This document shows positions 36,957 to 55,685 of a DNA stretch of 64,000 bases, in pieces (within the stretch, counting starts at the first letter, position 1; the number at the start of each line of letters is the position of its first letter). The notes beneath the pieces were generated by a model. That model ran no database searches and was not told the origin of the DNA. It saw only the letters and a program-made list of their open reading frames with translations. Origin of the DNA: Amoebophrya sp. A120 (taxonomy: Eukaryota > Protista > Dinoflagellata); the NCBI GenBank assembly GCA_905178155.1, contig CAJINV010000004.1:10523655-10587654 (forward strand), given 5' to 3'. The translations under genes were made by a program, and so were the position numbers.

Positions 36957-38090
36957 GTGTAAACACAGTTGATCTTTTTGATTAGGCAATTTGTCATGGA
37001 AAAGTTACACCCAAGATATTGTATCTGATTTGGCAAAAATGATGTGGAAAGAACGTCGTCCCGTTTCAAAATGCACCAAATTTTTGAGCAATTGCAATTC
37101 AGTGTAGGATGTCTGTCTTGTTTCGATAGGAGGGCCTAACAGATTTGAACGAGCGAGGCAACCGCAAAAAGAGCAAAAACGGTTCGCGGTACATCGATGG
37201 AGCATGGCATGCAGCGCTTGTAAGCAAATTCCATCTGATTTGGAGCCGCTAAAAACTTTTTTTGCTACATAGTATGCCGGACTGCGTGTTCTGGTGCTGG
37301 GTTGCTGACAGGTCGCTAGGAAGGTTTCTGTTTTGCAGCCAAACGCGAAGATGGATCGTTTTGGCACCGCGCTCGCGATCGGAAATCACTGTCGTTTTAA
37401 ATCGGTCGTGAATTGAAAGTTTCGACGAAAGCGAATTATTAGAAGTACGTATCGATCGGACTCTTTTTGTGTGCCTTTCCTTATTTTGCTTTTTGCAATT
37501 GTGACTCTTTCAACGCTGCAGAAAAAGTCTCTCAGATCTTCAACGGAACATCGCCTGACATTCATCGAATCAGAAAACATGGGCCCAATTATTTTTTCCT
37601 CGAACAGCCTAAATCCTGATCCCACACAACTTTGTCTACCCTGTTAGTACTTTAAAAGTAGCAGGTTTTCAGAATCACTTTCATCTACTCCGCTGTGCCT
37701 TTGACCACGCAGTTATTTGTTATCCTCAGGACGATTCCGATCCGAAAGCCTCGCTACGCACATTGACTTTTTCAAAAGCTTGTTGGACTTACTTGCTCGG
37801 TTTTAATATTCGCTGTGAACTATGTTCAAACTCGCTTACTAATTCTTGAAAAAAAAAGCCATGGCATTTTCAACAACCGCAATCACGATCAAGCCGCAGC
37901 GAGCTCGTCTGCGAGCTCGGATTGGTGAATACAGCGCGTGAGTGACGGGTACAAGCGAGGACACTGTCGGACAAGACCGGTGTCGCCGGAGCACGTGGTA
38001 ACTACAAGACGGGAAGAACACGCTTTGGGTACGAATTGCTACCTGGTCCCTAATACGACTTTACTCACATCACCACAAGGCCATCGGATC

Positions 38091-45048
<6,958 letters not shown>

Positions 45049-45740
45049 CTTCAGGAATGGGGTTAGTTTAGTAAAATGTGCTTCAGTACGAGGAAGTCGG
45101 TATGGCCAGTTGAGGCATAGTATTACGAGCGACTGATCGACGTCACTGAGGAACGTGAAAAAGAAAAGCCACCTCATTGCCTTAGCACCTTTGTTCATCT
45201 TTGTCCACCGCTCGCCAAATCGTCTGCGAAGACGCTACTGAATTCGAAAGCGAGTGAGTGCGAGATCGTGATCGGATACCTTCAGTGTGAGGGTGAATAC
45301 AACTACCGACTCGACATCAACATGAGTAAATTGGAAAAAAAGAATGATGCGATCAAAAGAGAGATAGAATAGCTTCGATGGCCAGCATAGCCACGATGAA
45401 GTGAGCGAGTGAAGAAGATAAGACTAGCTTGATCTTCTTCGAGTTCTTTCGTGTTGGTGGAGCGAAGAGGGTGTTGGTTTCGGCGTCATTCTTTGGTAGT
45501 GTTCCTGCTGAGCACGTCAAGTTTGAGTTCGCTATTACCTGACAAAATCGATGCGCCAGAAGTATATTTATCATGGTTCTCGAGAAAAAACGTCGCAAAA
45601 GGTTCCAAATTTAGAAATCTGAAAGTAGAATATCAAGCCGGACGTCGAGAGGTTTAGTTGTCCTTCCGTACGAGGTTTTCTGCGGAAGAGGTTCTTCCAC
45701 ATTCGTTCGAATAAAGAACCAAACTCCAAAAGGAGCAAAG

Positions 45741-48700
45741 ATGAAGGTGTTCTACCTGCTCGCCGCCGCCACGGCATCCGAGCAGCTGCGCGGTAGCACT
45801 GCGTTGGATCAGAGCTCGCGCACATCTCACGCAGAGCAGCATGCGGGGAAAACGAAAAGCCACCCCAGCCACCGGCACGTGGTGCTGGATGCGGATGCCT
45901 TTGTTCCCGCGGATACTGCCCAAGAATCGCCGCAGCATTCTCACGAAGACGAGAAGCTGCTGCGGAGCGAGCCATTTGCGCACGGCAGAAACATGATGAA
46001 AACTTCTACCTCACAGCACCACCACAAGCAGACGCGGCTTAGTCCCGCCGCGGCGAAGAGGAAGCACAGTCTCCAGCAGCACCGCGTCGGCCATTCGGGG
46101 CGGAATCACCATCAGCACAAGAAGCCGTCGCAGCATGGCGCGCACCTGGCCGCGAAGCTGCACCTGCTTCAGATCACCAAAAGCCGTGGAATATCTCGCA
46201 GAAAAAAACTAGCATACCATGTGTGTTGTATAATGCAAAGATAGCTTGGCCAGAAACGAAAGTCGATGGTCAATGATCATGGGAGCTCTGATAGCATGCA
46301 GCTTAATCGATGCAACTGTGACTACTTTAATTCACTTGATATACAATTCTGCATTAGCGGCACTAATAGTTTTTTTTTCTATGTGATACGTAGCACACAC
46401 TTCTTCGAGCGGTTCTGACCCGGAGCCCTTTGCCACAAAAGCCAAAGAGGTTGCTGACGCTATTATCGATAACAAGACAAGTGACAGCGATGATGACGTG
46501 GACGCCGCGGTGGATGCGCAGATGACCAATCTCGAGGGAACCTTCGCTGAGGGCCATCTTACCACCGATGGCGTTACCACGATCACGCCTGCTATCAAAA
46601 CGGTAGCTAAGGCCGCTGTCGCCGATGCCGGGGACGCTGCTTATCAAAATTGAAAACTTTCCCTCCCCATATTCAAAACGAAATTTCTGATGCTGGATCT
46701 GCGTACACAGTCTTGTTTTGAGGGATTGCAGCCAGATCTTCAGCCTGGCCAGGGGCGTTTGCGTACATTTGTTCCGAATGGGAAACTGCTACCCGGTAGG
46801 CCCAGCAGCATGGTATACCGCTTCTTAGGGGGAAGAAAGCCTCGGCGCTTGCCTTCTTGCAAGACAAGGCTGATTCGTGGTCATAAGTCTGCGGCACAAA
46901 TTATCCTCTTTAGTATGGGAAGGGGGGATTTTTCCTCCGAATTCCGCGGCTGATAAGGACACCATTAAGGCGGCGATCGAGCAACAAGCGCAAGCCATCT
47001 TCGACGCTGATGCTGGGAGGTAAAATCAATTGTTAAATCCCGCATGACAAATACGTAACTATTAACTTTTTGCACCGCGGGCCAGTTGCATGCTAAGTAC
47101 CCTTCTTGTTCGTTGGTGCTTCTCATTCTCTTACCACGTTTCTCGCGGAGGTTTGAATTTTGTGTAGAGGCAAAGTTGCGGCAAATCCTGTTCCGCGGAG
47201 CCTAATGTATAATGTTTGTACTATTGTAGAACCTTGCAAGCGACTTGATTTCTTTTTCTACCCAATGCGGAATGAGACTACAACTGATACAAAGCAAACA
47301 CAAACTACAGGGGCGGGATGCCATATCCCGTGCAAATATGTGTCGTCCGGGGTTGGAAACTTGTCGTGCAAAATAGTGAAAGTACACCACGAACAGAGTA
47401 CATTTTTAGTCAGCGAACCATAACAACTTCTCTGGCGACCCTGTGTCACGTATTTCGCATGCAAAATCATATTTCTGCAGCACCCCGAGCAAGTGGCGCT
47501 CGCGCAATTGCGCAAGAACAATATTTTATAAATTCATCGCAAACGAGTGGTCTAGATCTACAAACAGTCAGCACTCCAGTCAAACAATAGCTATTCCGGA
47601 CCCCAACGTATTTGCAATGCATAAGCCGCCGGACTTCGACGTGTCGATTAACAAGATTTGCACCGAAATGGAGATATCCCGTGTAAAGACGTACCAACAA
47701 CCCAGTAGTGAAGATTAGAGTTGTGCTACTTACACAAGGCCAGAAGCTTTATCGGTCTTGCATGACAACTTGGCTGCATCTCTACGCGTAGTCGTGACTA
47801 GCTACAGCCTCCGGAATGATAAATGCGTGATACGCATTCCGGGCATGCGGACTTTTTACCGTTCCGCATGCTCGAAATGCGTATCCGCATGCCCGTGCCT
47901 GACATTGAATGGATGTCAAGTACGGGTAGGCAAGAATGTGTGCTGCATTTTCTGTAGCATGACAGACGTGCTGGGATGAGTGCGTCTATTTTACACAGGA
48001 TGGAAGACCGTCGAAGCCTGCCAAACGGAGTGTACGGAGGCCTGGACCCACTGCATGGCGGTCAAGGACTATCGCACGAAAAAACTGCTTCACCGCCAAT
48101 TTGGAGGATATACTTGGCATGACATGCGAACAAAGAAAGTCTTCGGGGCGTGTTTCGCAGGGAAAACACCACTAGCAGAAGATTGAGTTTTGCCTTCCTG
48201 GCAGGACAAAATGCATGACAATTTTACAACAGTGAAGCAGTTTTTTCTTGCGATAATACGGATGCGCAGAAGGACATGCCGGTGGGACAAGTAGTCAATG
48301 CTGGTCAAGCAGCCGAAGCAGGAGCGGAGGCGTCCGCGGAGGAGATATGCAAGAAAAAAACTGTGTAAGTGTAAATTTGTGTTACGAGCGAGGCAAGAGC
48401 GTCACACTTCTCATTCTGGATGTGCGACATAGTCTAGTTTCATATTGTGGTGCTTTCGCTTTGCTGCTCATCCTACAAAGACAAAGTTGCACTAAAACAG
48501 TCGTTGTCTTGGATAGGGTGTGTGTGGCGCGGCAGGAGTGACTACGAGGTCGCAGGAGTGCTACTGCAAAGCCAAAGCATACAAGGACAACGCGGCCTGC
48601 ACCGAACCGCCGAAGGGGCACCTGTTCGATTTTATCGAAATGTTCTACAAAGGGATGGAGCCGGTATCAAATGCAACTGTGTCTCGGTCCGGATGAATGC

Positions 48701-49981
48701 CGATGTTTGTAATACGCCTTTTGCATGAAGACCCAGAAGCTCTAGCTTGCAACCAACAGCATTATTGGTTTGAGGAGGTGTCCTACTGCTGCTTATGCCC
48801 GCATGAGAAATCCCGAACTTGAATGGCAAGAAGTCGGGCGCTGTTTCTGTCCATGTATGATGACGGACTTGTGCGTGCTCTAGTACAATGCGCATGACAA
48901 GTTTGCATCTGGTCCTGCGGGGGCTTGCTCTACAACGCCGCTCGGGGTCCTCCGGTGGCTTGCTGCCAATGGATACTCGGAGCGACCATCAGAACTGCGT
49001 AACCGGTTGGAGCTACGAAAAAAAAAGAATGGCCGGTCGGGCCGGTCATTTTAGCATCACAAGTTTGCATGATCCTTCCAGACCCAGACGCAGCTCGTTG
49101 CAGTTGATACCCGGGTGGCGCCGAGGGGTTCAAAGTGGTCGCCGCGATGTGCACGAGCCACACCTTCCCCGCGGACATGAAGCTGGAAAACATGGAGTGT
49201 TCGATATTGTCAGGTAAAATCCATCCTCGACGTTCCCATAGTTCGTTGTATTCGAACGAAGGTTTCCATTTCTCATGCGCGATTTCATTGTGAGTACACA
49301 AATCAACTTGTGTCTGTGCTCGATGAAGAAGAAGAAGGCGAAGTAGAGACACAGCAGAGGCCCACTTTGCTAGCGACGTGTCCTGGTACAACTACATCGG
49401 GCAGTGCAGTGTATCTATCTGGAGTCCTGTCATGCTGTGTGCTTGCAACCACATACACTTTTGCGTGCCTGACAGCACTAGAATCCGTATCTGTTGTCAG
49501 TTCTTACGTGGCAATACAGCATGTAGAAATTTACTTTTGGATTTTGGGACGAAGATGGGGAGAACTATTTGCACTTCGATATCCGGCCGCCACTACGGCC
49601 GCGCCGGCGGGGGAAGGCGAGGGCGGGACCAACATGGCGATGATCGGCGGAATCGTCGCAGTCGTGGTGTTGCTCGGCGGTGTCGGGGGCTTCGTCATGA
49701 TGCATCAAAAGCCGGCGGACGGGGCGGCGGGCGTGGAGGGTGAGGGCGAAGCCGCGGAGGAGGAGTACATGGAGGGTGGTGGGGAAGGGGCTGAGGAGGG
49801 GGTATGTTATAATAATTTATTAGTCGTGCTGCGAATTTGTATGGATATGGAATTCGGAAGCTTTCGTAAGGTGTCCTTCTTCTTCCGCTACAAAATCAAA
49901 AACTGCATTCATGCACACCATGGACGAAATCAACAAAACAGGCCGAGGGCTGAGGCGGTGGCTCCGCGATCGAGTCTTTGA
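45741..49981 (+). CDS. Putative type-I membrane surface protein (His-rich N-terminus, Cys-rich domain), multi-exon, 3' end unresolved
   Basis: Signal-like MKVFYLLAAATAS; CQTECTEAWTHC; TM MIGGIVAVVVLLGGVGGFVMM; acidic tail; 4 introners. Confidence 0.6.
46642..46943. mobile_element. Introner (family G, eroded)
   Basis: tatcaaaattgaaaactttccctccccata / tatgggaaggggggatttttcc; similar to 53596-53917; TSD ctgct/ccgcg. Confidence 0.75.
47324..47623. mobile_element. Introner (A-like, diverged)
   Basis: tatcccgtgcaaatatgtgtcgtccgg / ccggaccccaacgtatttgcaatgcata; TSD tgcca/agccg. Confidence 0.75.
48665..49109. mobile_element. Introner (family A, diverged and long)
   Basis: tatcaaatgcaac..gtctcggtccgga / tccagacccagac..gttgcagttgata; TSD gccgg/cccgg. 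Confidence 0.8.
49395..49581. mobile_element. Possible highly degenerate introner
   Basis: catcgggcagtgca / tgcacttcgata weak TIR with an internal tgtcatgc. Removal in the 4|1 register gives CPGTT/AATTAAP. Confidence 0.4.
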
Positions 49982-50967
49982 TGACGCAGGAGGGTGGAGG
50001 AGGAAAGCGTTCACTCTCACGATTTTGATGAAGCGATTTACGAATTTTATATGCACCTTCTTGTTCCTCAGAATCAGAAACCAGTTTCAGGAGACGTATC
50101 GAATACCAAATGCACCGAGACAATACCGAATCGCTCAAAGAATTAATTTACGAGATATTGCAGACTCCATTTGATGTTAAACTTGTTGTAGCATTGCCGA
50201 TTCGCTAACACAAACACTGTTTACCAAGGCAACTGTATCACAACGAAGAAAATTATTGAAGAGCAGGAGTGCCGAGAGACGTTTGTACTTCCCCGGAGAT
50301 ATTAAAATGCAGCAGCTCCTCGTTGCAATAAATAAACCCGAATGAAGATAACGTGTATCAAACTGACGAAACAAAATGTATAAAATATGGAAGTAGTAAA
50401 AGAAGAAAAAAAAGCCAGTGCTTCTCCTGTAGAATAGCGATAGAAATATGTTGTACCAGACCGCGAAATACTTTTCCTTTGTACGATCAATCGTTTCTCA
50501 ATACCTCTGAAAAAAATGAATCTGTTCGTGCTTCGGCGGATCATGTACAGCCACGCAGAGTATTCTTTCAGCGTAACGTGTTCATCATAATATCGCTTTA
50601 GTGTCGGATTCGCAGTAAATCGCATGTTTTGATTTTCGTTTTTCTCGCTTCCTTGGACTGCACTCGCATCGCCTGCAGCAACGTACGGCTTCTGTTCTTG
50701 TCTTCTTGATCGCGTTCCTTCCTTGTATCGAAGCAGTCGCCTAGGAGTGAGTACGAAACTGTAAGAATATCGCCTTCGTCGGAATCGTCAACATCGTATT
50801 CTCGTGTCAGCTTCGTGTTTGTCGATTTTTGTCGGTGCTTTGCAAGTTGGAGAATCATTTCTATGCTATTCAAAGAGAATATAGGCGCTTGTAATAAAGT
50901 TAGCAAAAGCAAAGCAAATAAGAAGTTTATGGTTATCGAGATTTCGAAGAAAAGCAAAACGAAAACC

Positions 50968-52947
50968 ATGTCGGTTAAAACAAACATGCTTTTACTAAGC
51001 TTGTCTTCGTGGCTCTGTGCAACTACCCTCCAGTGGCGTCTTCTGGTCACCGCACTGGACCACACCCGCTATGACGCAGCTTCCGATCATCTTCCTGTGA
51101 CCCGGTCGACGCAACAGCAGATCATGCTGGATGCGGACGCTCTATCGTTTTCTACTCTTGCTGCGACGGAGGATTATGATGGTAATTTGGGTCGTACGAT
51201 GAAGAGCGAAAACACGAAGAAACACGCGCACCACCACGGCCATCCTTACCACAAGAAGCAACGTGTCACGCCGCGTCATGACCACCAGCACGCGCAGAAG
51301 CCTACCACGGCTTACGCGTTCCAGCAGGAGCAGGCACGGCATCGTCATCGGTCGGTCTATCATGCAGCTGAAGAACAGCGTCTGTTGCGTAGCGAACAGC
51401 AGTACGACCAGCAGTCGCTTTCGAAGAAGCAGCACTTGCGCAGGACAGCAGGGGCCAAGAAGGTTAATGAAAATGTTTCGCCCCTCCACCCCGACGCTAC
51501 AACAACTACTACCGCGAAGGCGAGGCGCACGAAAGGAGATAGGAGGATGTCGTCCTTTTCCTCTGCCAGTGCAGCATCGGACTTGGGCGAAAGCATGATG
51601 CTCGTCGCGAAAAGAAATCCTTTTCACCGCATGGAAGCGAAGAACTTTTCCGACCTGCTGCAGAAGCTGCGTCTCGGTGCTGCTGCAAGCACCACTTCCA
51701 GAAGTGCATCGAACACCACGATCTCGGTGGGCGAGTGGTGCGACGCGGCGTCGGAGTCTGCCGCCGACGCGGCGGTCGTCGACACGGACTGCCAATCCAA
51801 GTGCGTGCAGGTGTTCGCAGAGTGCACTGGGTTGAGCGGCCCGGCGGAAACCTTCGACACGGCGACGAACCTGCCAACTTGCACCCTGGAGTCCGCAGCG
51901 TGCAACACGCGGGGGGAAGAGTGGCACACCACCTGTCTCGACGACGAAACCAAACTGAACGGCGCGTCCAAGATGCTCACGGAAAACATGGCCCTGACCG
52001 TCTGCGGCGCGAGCAACGTGCCCACGCCGACGATCAACAGTGAGTGCGGGATGGAGGAGAACGAGGACTGCCGCGCGGAGTGCGTGGAGGTGAACAGCTT
52101 CTGTTGGTCGGTCACGGAGGATGCCCAACTCGATGCACCCTACGGGTCGTGGTGGAACCCGGACGAGCCGTTCACCATCTGCCCTTTTATGTCGGCGGAG
52201 TGTCTGTGCCGGGCCAAGGACTACCGCAACAACCCAGCCTGCAAGGAGCCGCCGAAGAACTTGTTTTACGACGAGCTCATCGTCACCGTGCACAACGACC
52301 AGCTCCCCGGCTACGACGTGATCTCCGACCTCTGCGACAGCAGCTTCACGATTCCGCCGTTGCCCGCGGGAGATTTCGTCTGTCCGAGCGCCGCGGTCGA
52401 GGAGGCCCGGAAAAAGGACAACAACAAATTGATGATCATTTTGGCTGTTGTGGGGGCGGTGGTACTGCTGGGCGCGGGAGTCACCGTGTTCCTCATGCGG
52501 GGTGATGCGGCAGCAGTTTCGGAAGTAGATGGGGCGGCAGAAGCTGACGAGGCCGCGGGGAAGAACGACGATAATGTGGAGGGGAAGCCCGCGGGAGAGG
52601 GTGGCGCAGAGACGAAAGACGAGAAAAAAGAAGAAGCGGAGGGTAGTGCGGCGCCCGCAGCGGAAGGTGGTGCGGGGGAAGCAAAGGCGGAAGGAGGAGG
52701 CGCCCCTGGGGAGAAAGCAGAGGAAAGTGCAGCAGCGGAGACACCAGCGGAAAAAGCAGGCGATGCACCACCCGCGGAACCGGCTGCGGCGGCGGTAGTC
52801 CTTTTATTTCTCGATTTGTTTGGTCGCACTTATTTTCGGATGATAAACGAAGAAATCCATCTGCATCACCTCCGTTCTTGCACGGTGGCTCTAGTGTCTG
52901 CATGAAAAAAAAAAAAATGCTCGTCAATTCACTACTTACAGGGATGA
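50968..52947 (+). CDS. Putative type-I membrane surface protein, paralog of 45741-49981
   Basis: Signal-like N-terminus, His-rich region, two Cys-rich repeats (CQSKCVQVFAEC, CRAECVEVNSFC), TM LMIILAVVGAVVLLGAGVTVFLM, Ala/Glu/Gly tail; probable terminal intron near 52794-52941. Confidence 0.75.
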
Positions 52948-53481
52948 AGATAAGGCGGCACCACAGGGAGAAACGGTTTTGAAGTTTGGAAAGTTTGACA
53001 GAGCTGGTTGTCACAATCTAGTAGTTTCAACAACTATCAGCCTTATAAGAAACACAAAGAACACGATGGGAACTACTTGCAGAACTTTTCTAGCGGGAAG
53101 TGACGCGAGGTCGTTTCAAAGAAACAAACAGAACTAGTTCGGTCTTTAGATCTTTCACCTGCGCGAAACGAAGTCCGCAGTGGTTCTTCCCATACGCAAA
53201 CCCAAGTTTGTTCCGAACTTTTGTGTCCAAAGCTTTTGTGCTTTTTGAATTTTCAGCTTCGCGTTCTCAGAGGCATACATCGATCTTATTTTTTCTGGTG
53301 TCGCTGTCGTCTCTGACCACCACGTGTTGCCTTTTGTAACTAGCGCGCCCAGCTGGCATGGATCAAATTTAAAATTTAGCAAAGAAGATGAAACGAGGAG
53401 TACAACGGATAGTTGTGATCAGGAATAAAAAGCAGACACACGACACGTGAAGAAGATCATATTCTGCAGAAGAAAGTAAAC

Positions 53482-55491
53482 ATGATTACCTGGGTGGAGC
53501 GCAGCGCCGAGAGTAGCAGTCCTGGCGCCCACAATGCGAATCACCAGAACTTCCCCGTTGGGGGTCTTGCCGTCCCGGAGGCGCTGGTTATGTCATATCA
53601 AAATGAAAAATCCCCCCTCCCCATATCAAAACGGAATTTCTGATGCTGGATCTGTGTACACAAATGCGCTCTGTATTGCAGGAAGGCACTGTGGCCAGAT
53701 ACCCAGCCTAGGCAGAGGCGTCTGGGTCTAGTTGTTCAGCATGGCAAACAGCTCCCCTTTAGGCCAAACAGCATGACAAACGGCGTCCATAATGGCGCGG
53801 CAGCTTCCGCCTTTGTCTTCTTGCAGCACAAATGTGATTTGTGGCCTCAAATCAGCAACGCAAATTTTCGGAAACATACCGTTTCAATATGGGGAGGGAG
53901 AGTTTTTCCTTTCGATATGTCATCCTCTGGCTCAACATCTGCCGCCGTGCATCACGGGGATACTATGTTGGCCGCCCACGTGGAAACGCAGCGGCACCGA
54001 GGAGCACCACCTGAAGGAGCCGTTGGACATCAGTTGTCTTCGGGGCCAGCATTGTTTCCCACTTCACGACACAAGAAGTTGAGAACCATTCCGTTCCAGA
54101 CCACGCAGCGGCATGTGCTGGCTATCTGGGTACTACTCATCATTTTCGTCCTCCTCGCCCCATGGCGAAGATTTTTCTCGGAAGATAAAGCGGACCAGGG
54201 AAATAACAGCGCCAGTAGTACAACCGAGTCGGATCATCCTCAACAGCAGAGCGACAACAGCCCTGGAAGTACAACAAGCACCACTTCTTCTGATACTGCT
54301 TCGGCAACAGGAGATCCAGACCTCCCGCCGCGAGTTGACCTGCTTCTCCACCACGAACTGTCCAACAGTTACGTTTTTCTCGGCGCGAGGCAGCATGTGC
54401 TCTTACTCCTCTGCTTGCTAATTGCCACGACGACGACGCGGCACGTGATCCTGCTCCAAGACCGGATTGTTCTTCACCTCGGCCCGTTTCCCGTGTGCTT
54501 GTTCCTGATCCGGATTCCCTACACGGCGATTCTGAGTGTCGACGTGCGACAGTCGTTTGACACCTGCGGCGGGAAGTGTTGCTGTAGTCTTGTTGGAGGG
54601 CGCAAGAAAACTGACGCAGCAGTGGATTGTTCTGGTCAAGATCTGGGGATGGACGATAGAACGCTGCCGAAACTACATACGAAAAAAGGCCTTTGGAAAA
54701 CATTCACCGACAGCCCGTTTTGGTTCTACCGCAGCTGGCTATACACTGGCTGTCCGATTTTCGGTGGGCATCATCAACTCGGGAGTTGCTGTCCCGCGGC
54801 TGTTGCACTGTTGGTGCAGCAGGCATCCAGGCGAGTGGAGCTGTTGACACATGCGGTTTTTTCAGGGAAGAAAGTTCTTCCAGTTCCGGACAGGAACCAT
54901 TATCATTCAGGACAGTCTCCGACACCACCGCGCAAAAAACACGAGTTTCTGTTCCTACGCGTCAACATTTCGGCGGTCGAGCGGCAGGCGTGGCAAGAAA
55001 GGAAAATCGCACACGCACATTTGCTTCCATCACCTCGCGGGGGAGAGGCTGGTGCAACAGCATCTTCAGTGAAAATAACACCAGATCAGGGAGCACCGCC
55101 AGCACTGAACACCATGGGCGATAAACCTCAGTTAGAAGGTATCCAGATGGTCAGCTCGGAAAAGAAAAATGATCATGATGTGGTAATGAACAACCTCGAC
55201 TTAGAACAGGGAACTCTCCTCAGCGCCGGTATTAGGTCGGGTAGTTTCCAAAGTACTGATGTGATACAAGAAATCTGCGTTGCTATTCCAGATGCGGATT
55301 TGGTGCAGCAATTTATCGAGCAGAAGTGGTACCAAGATTGCGAGTGCTCCACCTTAACTGAGGCGGTCTGGGTGCCGTGCGACGGATACTACGACATCTT
55401 GCAGGGCAGGAAAACGAGCTGTTACTCAGGCTGGTTCCGCTTGTACGCTGCTTTGGGGAAATGTAGAAAGGCAGTGGGTGTTCGTTTCTGA
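53482..55491 (+). CDS. Hypothetical membrane protein
   Basis: ATG 53482 joins the long ORF in frame after removal of introner 53596-53917; two hydrophobic segments. Confidence 0.65.
53596..53917. mobile_element. Introner (family G)
   Basis: tatcaaaatgaaaaatcccccctccccatat / atatggggagggagagtttttcctttcgata; TSD tgtca. Confidence 0.88.
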
Positions 55492-55685
55492 AGATCCTTT
55501 GTTGTGGTCCCTTAGATCTTCTCAGTAATTTTCGTTGACCTAGACCTTACGATCCTACCTTTCGTTCCCCACTGCAGTAAAAGAAAAACAACCTGCTGGA
55601 TCGAGTTTGAGTTCCGCCGCTTGCCCTCCTAAAAAAAACAATGGTTGCGTATTGTGGAAAAAAGTAGCATTCGCTCAATTGTCAT

